Below are positions 10,573 through 17,946 of a stretch of 64,000 nt of DNA, piece after piece. This DNA comes from Candidatus Multivoradales bacterium (GTDB lineage Bacteria > Acidobacteriota > Thermoanaerobaculia > Multivoradales > Multivoraceae), in contig CBDCWI010000002.1 of assembly GCA_965223325.1 (NCBI GenBank), forward strand, positions 1,408,001 to 1,472,000, written 5' to 3'. How positions within the stretch are numbered: position 1 is the stretch's first letter; every line of letters starts with the position of its first letter. The notes under the pieces are model-generated. The model was not told the DNA's origin and did not search any database. It worked only from the letters and a program-made list of their open reading frames with translations. The position numbers and the translations under genes were made by a program.

Positions 10573-11496
10573 ATGGTGCTCATGGCGACGCCTCTCGAAG
10601 AAATCCTCCCGCTCCTCGCCCGCCTGGCGCACTCAGACGGCGAATCGCGCACCCTCGCCGATCTCGCCACCCTGGATGGCCGCTCGCCGTCTCACCTGCA
10701 ACGGATCTTCAAGGCAGCAGTCGGCGAAAGCCCGCTGCAGTACAACCGCAGGGTCCGGCTGCAGCGCGCCGCAGCGGCGCTCCTGGTGACCGAGCAGAGC
10801 GTCCTCGAGATCGCCCTCGATGCCGGCTTCGACACTCACGAGGGATTCACCCGGGCCTTCAAGTCGAGGTTCGAGGTATCGCCGCGGGAGTTCAGAAAGC
10901 AGCGCGCCACCTTCAACGAGCTCGTGCGCCAGCATCGCACCCACCTCGAGGTCGCCATCCGAACCGCACCGTGTGTGGGCTTGTACCGCGTACCTCTAGA
11001 ACCGAAACCAACCTCAGGAGAAGACCCGATGAGCTACGAAATCACCAAGAAGACCATCGACGAGATCCCTTTCCTCTACAAGACCTTCGAAACCCGACCC
11101 GAAGACATCGCCGACGGCCTGGGCGCCAACTTCGGTGCCGTCTTCCAATACGCCACCGCCAGCGGCATCCCTTTCGCCGGCCCCCCCACCGCCCGCTACC
11201 CCAACATGACCCCCGGCCTTCTCACCATAGACGCTGGCCTTCCCATCGCCGGCCCCACAGAAGCAGAAGACGCAGAAATCAACTGCGGCGTCCTGGCAGG
11301 AGGCACTGTCGCATCAACAATCCACAAAGGCCCCTACGACGGCCTCAGCACAGCCCACGAAGCCATCCAGAACTGGATGAAGGAAAACAACGAGAAGCCC
11401 AGCGGCGCCCCCTGGGAGGTCTACCTCACCGACCCCGGCGAAGTCCCCGACCCGGCAGAGTGGCTGACCGAGATCATCTGGCCCCTGGAGGGCTAG
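10573..11496 (+). CDS. AraC-family regulator with C-terminal GyrI-like effector domain
   Basis: SPSHLQRIFK...IALDAGFDTHEGFTRAFK HTH pair; HKGPYDGL...WEVYLTDP GyrI-like domain. Confidence 0.88.
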   Translation: MVLMATPLEEILPLLARLAHSDGESRTLADLATLDGRSPSHLQRIFKAAVGESPLQYNRRVRLQRAAAALLVTEQSVLEIALDAGFDTHEGFTRAFKSRFEVSPREFRKQRATFNELVRQHRTHLEVAIRTAPCVGLYRVPLEPKPTSGEDPMSYEITKKTIDEIPFLYKTFETRPEDIADGLGANFGAVFQYATASGIPFAGPPTARYPNMTPGLLTIDAGLPIAGPTEAEDAEINCGVLAGGTVASTIHKGPYDGLSTAHEAIQNWMKENNEKPSGAPWEVYLTDPGEVPDPAEWLTEIIWPLEG

Positions 11497-12106
11497 AACC
11501 GCAGGCGGAGAGCGCCCCGCGGTTTCACCCACGGCCCGCACAACAGCAATCGATCGAAGGGGTCCCGGTGATGCGAGGGCAGACCCTTGGGGCCCCCCGT
11601 CGATCAACACTAGTTCACCATTGGCTCGTCCCCTCTGGCAGAAGTCGTCGCGTTTGAATGGCGATGATCTTCATGAAGTGAAGACCAAGCCTGGTCACAA
11701 GACCTGGCCAACCAACACGGCTAGCCGCAGCAACCGTCCCCCCGAGAAAGCAGCCGGCGCTTCCCTCGAAGCGACCACTCTCCGGCCGGTCGCCAACGCG
11801 GCACGGTGAGCCCACGGGTCCGCCCAACGGAAAGGTCGGGCAGAACACGCCGATAAGTCGAAGCGCGCACCCTCCCACCAGACCTGAGAACAAACCCACC
11901 CTCGCCGCCCTCCTGTCTCCGCCCCCGCCACCAAGCAAGAAGATCCCCAACCTGGTCAACGACCACAAAGAGGATCAAGAGCCAGAAAACGGCGCCACCG
12001 ACCCACCAAACCAGGTGCGCTGGCAGCGAAGGGGCATGGAGCGCTTTCAACATAGAGCGAGTACGAACGAGAGGGACAACAATTCGCTGCGACAAGCCCC
12101 GAAATC

Positions 12107-12272
12107 AGGGAGCGACGCCCGAAGGGCAAGCTCCGGACCACCCCAAAACCAGGGAGCGGCGCCCGAAGGGCAAGCTCCGGACCACCCCAAAACCAGGGAG
12201 CGACGCCCGAAGGGCAAGCTCCGGACCACCCCAAAACCAGGGAGCGGCGCCCGAAGGGCAAGCTCCGGACCA
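12107..12272. repeat. 44-bp tandem palindromic repeat, ~3.8 copies (REP-like)
   Basis: AGGGAGCG(A/G)CGCCCGAAGGGCAAGCTCCGGACCACCCCAAAACC starts at 12107, 12151, 12195 and 12239; internal stem GGAGC..GCCC-GAA-GGGC..GCTCC. Confidence 0.92.
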
Positions 12273-12321
12273 ACTTCTCCGCCCCCCTCACCCCCAAGGC
12301 CGGTGGTCAAACCGACCCCAA

Positions 12322-12487
12322 GCTCTGAGGTGCCAGGAGGAGCGCCCAGGGCCTTCTTGGAGGCCGCACCACGACGCCCGTAGCAGTCCACAACCGACAA
12401 GGCGGCCGGAAAGCTGAGGCGGCGCAACCCCCGGCAGGCCAAGAAGCGCTCGCCGTGCCCTGGGCGCTCCTCCCGGCACATCAGAGC
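12322..12487. repeat. 166-bp element bounded by a 31-bp inverted repeat (MITE-like or structured RNA)
   Basis: 12322-12352 GCTCTGAGGTGCCAGGAGGAGCGCCCAGGGC is the reverse complement of 12457-12487 with 2 mismatches; inner stem CTTCTTGG/CCAAGAAG. Confidence 0.8.
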
Positions 12488-12515
12488 GTCGCCGACCCAG
12501 CCCTCCCATCAAGGC

Positions 12516-13517
12516 CTAGACCTCCGACTCCGACTCCGACTCCGACTCCGACGACGACGACGACGACGACGACGACAAAGCATCGATCTCGTCCCAGTAC
12601 CACCGCTTGTAATTCCACGCCCACTGCTCAGGAACCCCCAGAACAGCCCCCTCAATAACCTCCGCCATCCTCTCCGTCAAAGCCCGCTCATCGGTCTCAG
12701 AATGCCCAGCGGCAACCAACTCCTCGACCAACAACCGAAACCGACAACGCCCAGTACGCACCGCGAAAACCGCGATCACCGAGCACCGATGCCGCACCGC
12801 CAACGTAGCCGGCCCACCAACGAACTCGGTAGGAAATCCCAAGAACGAAACCACCGGCCCGCGTCGCCCTTCGGGCTTCTGATCCATCACGAACCCCAAC
12901 GACTCACCACGCTTGAGCGCCGCAATCATCTGACGAAGCGGCGCCCGTTGGTCCGTCCACAGGACCTGAAGTCCAGAAGCCTCGCGCATGCGCCGCAAGA
13001 GCGGCGTCACGGCAGCGAACTTCGAACGTTTCGCCAGCGCCCAGAATTGCCGCTCAGAAGCCAGCGACCCGGCGAGACCCACCAGCTCCCAGCTACCGAG
13101 ATGACCCGTGACGATCAGGTGGCCTCGCCCCGCATCCTCGGCGCGTCGCACTAGCCCCTGCAACGCGTCGAAGCCCTCGAACTCGAGGCAGTCGCGATCG
13201 TAGATCGCCCGCAACGTCTCGAGGGCACACAAAACGTTGGTACGAAACATCAGGCGCAACATCCGCCGCCCCTCAGGAGAGTCCGGCGCGAGACCGAGCA
13301 CCCGCTCGAGATTCACCTTCGCCAGCCGTCGATCGCGCGACGACACCATCCGCAGGAGCCAGCCCAGCGCCGACGCGATCGGGCCGTAGGTCGCCAGGGG
13401 AAGATGGACCACCAACCAGACCACCCCCGCCAGCACAAGAGAGAAGAGCCCGGCACCGGCCTCGCCGGCGCGCTCAGTGGCGGCTGTTCCGGTGGTCTGG
13501 TTGAGATCGCTGGTCAT
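12516..13517 (-). CDS. Lipid A lauroyltransferase-like lysophospholipid acyltransferase (LpxL/HtrB family)
   Basis: TGHLGSWE (HX4E), MDQ, VSFLG, PEQWAWNYKRW. Start uncertain (13517 or 13541). Confidence 0.85.
   Translation of the reverse strand: MTSDLNQTTGTAATERAGEAGAGLFSLVLAGVVWLVVHLPLATYGPIASALGWLLRMVSSRDRRLAKVNLERVLGLAPDSPEGRRMLRLMFRTNVLCALETLRAIYDRDCLEFEGFDALQGLVRRAEDAGRGHLIVTGHLGSWELVGLAGSLASERQFWALAKRSKFAAVTPLLRRMREASGLQVLWTDQRAPLRQMIAALKRGESLGFVMDQKPEGRRGPVVSFLGFPTEFVGGPATLAVRHRCSVIAVFAVRTGRCRFRLLVEELVAAGHSETDERALTERMAEVIEGAVLGVPEQWAWNYKRWYWDEIDALSSSSSSSSSESESESESEV
12522..12576. repeat. Compound microsatellite (CTCCGA)5(CGA)8 in the 3' end of the acyltransferase gene
   Basis: Read directly; encodes a poly-S/(SE)n tail on the minus strand. 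Confidence 0.9.
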
Positions 13518-13655
13518 GGCTCGTCCACCGGATTGGGGCAAACAGAAACGGGGTTTTGACGTCGATCGAGCCTATCAACGGGCCTCCGGCTATGATGGCG
13601 GCCTTCCCGACGACAGTTTGCTGGCAGTCACCGATCTCTCCGCCGAAAGAGGCTC

Positions 13656-13925
13656 ATGGCGACACCCGATCCAACGCGCTACTGGCGCGCCAACCTGACC
13701 TTGATGAGCGTCTTGCTCGCCGTCTGGGCCATCGTTTCTCTCTTGCTCTCGGTGGTCTTCGTCGAACCACTCAATGCTCTTCGCATCGGCGGCTTCCCGC
13801 TCGGTTTCTGGATCGCCCAGCAGGGCGCAATCGTGGTGTTCGTCGTGTTGATTCTGGTGTACGCCGTCACCATGGACCGTATCGACCAGCGCTATGGCGT
13901 CGATCGCCAGGAGGAGAAGCCTTGA
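13656..13925 (+). CDS. DUF4212 small subunit of the sodium:solute symporter
   Basis: YWRANL...GFPLGFWIAQQGAI...MDRID; directly upstream of the SSS gene. Confidence 0.88.
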   Translation: MATPDPTRYWRANLTLMSVLLAVWAIVSLLLSVVFVEPLNALRIGGFPLGFWIAQQGAIVVFVVLILVYAVTMDRIDQRYGVDRQEEKP

Positions 13926-13971
13926 TTCCACCAACGGCGCGGCCCGGCCTCGAGAGGAACAAGAGCCTCTA

Positions 13972-15672
13972 ATGGGAGTACAGGGCTGGACATGGCTCCT
14001 GGTCGGGCTGTCGTTTGCGATCTACCTGGGCATTGCCATCTGGAGTCGGGTTGCGTCGACCGCAGGGTTCTATGTCGCCGGGCGCGGGGTACCCGCCATT
14101 GCCAACGGCATGGCGACCGGTGCCGACTGGATGAGCGCCGCCTCGTTCATCTCGATGGCGGGCTTGATCTCCTTCATGGGCTACACCGGCACGATCTACC
14201 TCGTCGGCTGGACGGGTGGATACGTGCTGCTGGCTCTCCTGCTTGCGCCCTATCTCCGCAAGTACGGCAAGTACACCACCTCGGAGTTCGTCGGTGATCG
14301 CTACTACTCCGACACCGCACGCGCGGTAGCGGCTGCGTGCACGATCTTCGTGTCGTTCACTTACATCGCTGGCCAGATGCGCGGCGTCGGGGTGGTCTTT
14401 TCGCGCTTCCTCGAAACCGACATCAACACCGGCGTGATCATCGGCATGGTGATCGTCTTCATCTACGCCGTCCTCGGAGGGATGAAAGGCATTACCTATA
14501 CGCAGGTGGCTCAGTACTGCGTGCTGATCGTCGCCTACCTGATTCCCGCGGCGGCGATCTCTTGGCAACTGACCGGCAACCCGATTCCACAGCTCGGCTT
14601 CGGCAGCACCATCACCTCGGGCGAGAACGCCGGTATGTTCCTGCTCGAAACCCTCGATGAACTCCATCGCGAGCTCGGCTTCCCCGAGTACACCGCCGCC
14701 TGGGCAGCAGGCAAGAAGGGCATGGTCGACGTGCTCGCGATCACACTGTCACTCATGGTTGGAACCGCCGGCCTGCCGCACGTCCTGATTCGGTTCTACA
14801 CCGTCAAGAGCGCCCGCGCCGCCCGCTGGAGCGCCCTTTGGGCACTGCTCTTCATCGCTCTCCTCTACACCACCGCGCCAGCCGTTGCGGCCTTCGCGCG
14901 CGCCAACATGATCCAGACGCTCCAGGGAGTCCCGTACGCCGAGGCGCCCGAATGGTTCAAGAGCTGGGAGTCGACCGGTCTGATCGGTTTTGAAGACAAG
15001 AACGGTGACGGCCTCATCTTGTATGGCGGCGACCCGGCAACCAACGAGCTGACCGTCGACCGCGACATCATGGTGCTCGCCAATCCCGAGATCGCTCAGC
15101 TCCCGGCCTGGGTGGTGGGCCTGGTCGCGGCAGGCGGCCTTGCCGCGGCGCTCTCGACCGCGGCGGGTCTCCTTCTGGTCATTGCCTCGGCAATCTCGCA
15201 CGACCTCGGGAAGTCCATTCTCGCCAAGAACATGGACGCGAAAGCAGAACTGCGCCTCGCCCGCATCGCGGCAGGCTTCGCGGTGTTGGTGGCCGCCTAC
15301 TTCGGCATCAATCCGCCGGGCTTCGTCGCCCAGGTCGTCGCTTTTGCCTTTGGCCTCGCCGCCTCGAGCTTCTTTCCGATTCTGGTGCTCGGGGTGTTCA
15401 CAAAGAGCACCACCAGGGCAGGCGCCATCTGGGGTATGTCGAGCGGCATCCTGTTCACCGCTTGCTACATCGTGTGGTTCCGCTTCATTCATCCGGAGGC
15501 GGGAGCAGAGAGTTGGCTCTTCGGCATTAGCCCCGAGGGCATCGGCGCGATTGGGATGCTGGTCAACTTCGCCGTCGCGCTCCTCGTCAGCCGCTTCACC
15601 GAGACGCCGCCGCAAGAAGTGCGCGAACTGATCGACGAAATCCGACTGCCACGGGAGCCAGCTGCGAGCTGA
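13972..15672 (+). CDS. Sodium:solute symporter, ActP-like (VC_2705-type) acetate permease
   Basis: GMATGADWMSAASFISMAG, GGMKGITYTQVAQY, GTAGLPHV, LAAALSTAAGLLL. Confidence 0.9.
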   Translation: MGVQGWTWLLVGLSFAIYLGIAIWSRVASTAGFYVAGRGVPAIANGMATGADWMSAASFISMAGLISFMGYTGTIYLVGWTGGYVLLALLLAPYLRKYGKYTTSEFVGDRYYSDTARAVAAACTIFVSFTYIAGQMRGVGVVFSRFLETDINTGVIIGMVIVFIYAVLGGMKGITYTQVAQYCVLIVAYLIPAAAISWQLTGNPIPQLGFGSTITSGENAGMFLLETLDELHRELGFPEYTAAWAAGKKGMVDVLAITLSLMVGTAGLPHVLIRFYTVKSARAARWSALWALLFIALLYTTAPAVAAFARANMIQTLQGVPYAEAPEWFKSWESTGLIGFEDKNGDGLILYGGDPATNELTVDRDIMVLANPEIAQLPAWVVGLVAAGGLAAALSTAAGLLLVIASAISHDLGKSILAKNMDAKAELRLARIAAGFAVLVAAYFGINPPGFVAQVVAFAFGLAASSFFPILVLGVFTKSTTRAGAIWGMSSGILFTACYIVWFRFIHPEAGAESWLFGISPEGIGAIGMLVNFAVALLVSRFTETPPQEVRELIDEIRLPREPAAS

Positions 15673-15796
15673 GCCGTCGGCAGGAGAGGCGTCATGTGAC
15701 GTTTGGGCGCATTGACGGTCTAAGTGCACAGATCCCCTCCGCCTCATTCGAGGCAGACAACCCTCGACCTCGCACACAAGACCCAAGGAGTGCACC

Positions 15797-16327
15797 ATGC
15801 CCTATGAAGACACCTTCTCCGAAGACGACTGGTTCCTTCTCCGCTCGACCCCAGTCCTGGTTGGGGCCGCGATGGCCAACGCCGGCCGCAGTGGCATCCT
15901 CGGCACCCTCAAGGAAGCCATGGCTTCATCGAGCGCCGTCGGCCAGGGCGCCAAGGAACTTGCCGACAATGGCCTGATCAGCGAGATGTTGCGCCAGGAC
16001 AAAGAAGCCGCCGACGGCAGCGTCACTGCCGCGGTTCAGCTGGCGCGGGAGCACCAGAGCCGCGCCATGTCGCGACTCGAGGAGAGCGGCGTCAAGGACG
16101 GCGAAGATCTGATCCGCCTGGTGCTCGATGACTGCCGCGAGGTCGCTCGGATGCTCGACTCCAAGGCAGCGCCCGAAGACGCATCGGGCTACCGTTCGTG
16201 GGCACTCGGCGTCGCCGAGAGCGTTGCCAAGGCCGCCAAGGAGGGTGGCTTTCTCGGTATCGGAGGCGAGAGGGTCAGCGAGGGAGAAAAGCAGCTCCTC
16301 GAGGAAATCCGCACCGCCCTGTCCTGA
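15797..16327 (+). CDS. Conserved hypothetical protein
   Basis: AAGGAG RBS; C-terminal AAKEGGFLGIGGERVSEGE motif recurs in unannotated bacterial proteins. Confidence 0.7.
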   Translation: MPYEDTFSEDDWFLLRSTPVLVGAAMANAGRSGILGTLKEAMASSSAVGQGAKELADNGLISEMLRQDKEAADGSVTAAVQLAREHQSRAMSRLEESGVKDGEDLIRLVLDDCREVARMLDSKAAPEDASGYRSWALGVAESVAKAAKEGGFLGIGGERVSEGEKQLLEEIRTALS

Positions 16328-16366
16328 CCCCACACCCGCGAAATCCCAGAATCACCCCAGTCAATT

Positions 16367-16395
16367 GCCCGGGAAACGCCCGGGAAACGCCCGGG
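16367..16395. repeat. 11-bp tandem repeat (GCCCGGGAAAC)x2.6 between convergent genes
   Basis: Read directly; contains the palindrome CCCGGG. Confidence 0.6.
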
Positions 16396-17922
16396 CTAGT
16401 TGCTGCTGGCGGCTTCCAGGGTCTTTTGCTTTTCGGCGAGTGCTCTTTCATCGAGGAGCACGCCGCCGAGGATGACTGCCCGCACGCTGGCGGTGTTGCG
16501 GATGTCGGCGAGCGGGTCACCATCGAGGAGGACCAGGTCGGCGAGGTTCCCGGGAGCGATGACGCCGGTGTCTGGGCGGCCGAAGACTCTGGCTGGGACG
16601 CTGGTTGCTGTGGCGATCGCCTGACTGGGAGTGAGGCCGGCTTTGACGAAGAGAAGGAGCTCGTCGTGCAGGCTGATGCCAGGAACGACCCAAGGCACCT
16701 CGGCCTCGAGAACTGCATCGGTGCCGGCGAGGATCGGAACACCCGCTCGGTGCACGCGACCGACGAGAGAAGCGAGGAGGTCGCGGGTGGCCCGAAAGGC
16801 CGTGCGGTCCTCTTCAGTCAACCGTAGCTCGAGCGACTCCCAGGCGGTTCTCACATCAGCCGGTACGAAGCGCATCCTCTCGTCCTGGCGGAGGGCGACG
16901 CCTTCGAACACCGGGTCGGCAGATCGCAGACCGGGGTACTGAACGACCAGCGTCGGCACCCAGGCAGTCCCAGACGCGGCAAGCGCCTCGATGAGGCGAG
17001 CGGCGCGCTGATCGTCGAAGGTGTCGTGCAGCTTCTGCAGGTAGTCGGCCGACAGTGCCTCCTGGAAGGGGATGAAGGGGCGCTGGCGCTCGCGGCCGAG
17101 AGACATGGCAGCCGCGATCTCAGACCGCAGCTCTTCCTCGGCACTCGAGCACGCCATCAGAAGAGTGCCGAAGGCACTGCCTTCGTGCTCGATCGTGCGC
17201 TGACCCTGGCCGAGCGCATGGAGAACCGGTACTTCGACAGCCAGGTGGCCATCGACCGGCAGGCCCTGGGTCCTGGCGGCCGCCACGACCGCGTCGTACT
17301 CCGGGAGCGTCAACCAGTCCCGCACCTTGACGAAGTCGCTCCCCAGTTCGGCGAGGGCAGTGACCTCGGCGGCGGCTGTCTCCGGCGTGACATGCCAGTG
17401 GCCCGAGTAGTCGATCGGCGACGCGCCATCGATGTTCGGACCCGCAACCAGGAGGCGCGGTCGAAGCGCCGCTGGCGTGCTCTGGGTGTCGCGCCGAGCG
17501 TTCTGAATCTGAACCAGCACCTCGCTGCACTCTGGCGGACACCCCATGTCGCGCAGCGAGGTCACGCCATTCAACAGGTAGAGGTCGAGCACCTCCGGGC
17601 TGGCGAAGCTATGGGCGTGCGCGTCCCAGAGGCCCGGAATCAGGAAGCGCCCGTCGCCATCCAAGACCCGCGCTCCGGCGCGACGGTACTCCTCGACGTC
17701 GACCCCGCCGCTCGCCGAGATGCTCTCGATTCGGTCGCGACGAACGACCACGGTTTGCCCTGTTTGCGCTTCCCCACCACTTCCGTCGATGACGGTGACG
17801 CCGGCGATGACCAACGCCGGACTCGCGGCCAACGGGGCGACGGGCTCTCGATCGCCACAGGCCACCGCCGCACAAAAGGCCGTGCCGAGCAGAACGCCGC
17901 GGAAGATGCGTGGGCTTCGAAT
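16396..17922 (-). CDS. Amidohydrolase-family lipoprotein (start probably non-canonical)
   Basis: PGLWDAHAH, GVTSLRDMG, TIEH, LAGTD, GVIAPGNLADLVLL. The signal peptide with lipobox (AAVAC) lies upstream of GTG 17865, with no in-frame ATG/GTG/TTG. Confidence 0.8.
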   Translation of the reverse strand: MRSPRIFRGVLLGTAFCAAVACGDREPVAPLAASPALVIAGVTVIDGSGGEAQTGQTVVVRRDRIESISASGGVDVEEYRRAGARVLDGDGRFLIPGLWDAHAHSFASPEVLDLYLLNGVTSLRDMGCPPECSEVLVQIQNARRDTQSTPAALRPRLLVAGPNIDGASPIDYSGHWHVTPETAAAEVTALAELGSDFVKVRDWLTLPEYDAVVAAARTQGLPVDGHLAVEVPVLHALGQGQRTIEHEGSAFGTLLMACSSAEEELRSEIAAAMSLGRERQRPFIPFQEALSADYLQKLHDTFDDQRAARLIEALAASGTAWVPTLVVQYPGLRSADPVFEGVALRQDERMRFVPADVRTAWESLELRLTEEDRTAFRATRDLLASLVGRVHRAGVPILAGTDAVLEAEVPWVVPGISLHDELLLFVKAGLTPSQAIATATSVPARVFGRPDTGVIAPGNLADLVLLDGDPLADIRNTASVRAVILGGVLLDERALAEKQKTLEAASSN

Positions 17923-17946
17923 GGTCGGTCGCTTCTCCTGGCTCAG

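Noticed and set aside
12015-12100. Group II intron 5' end (GTGCG)
   Set aside because: No domain V hairpin and no reverse transcriptase ORF.
12107-12272. CRISPR array
   Set aside because: Linkers between the palindromes are identical and short; there are no unique spacers and no cas genes in the window.
11615-12512. Short ORFs across the repeat locus
   Set aside because: Translations are repeat-derived or compositionally biased, with no credible RBS or family motif.
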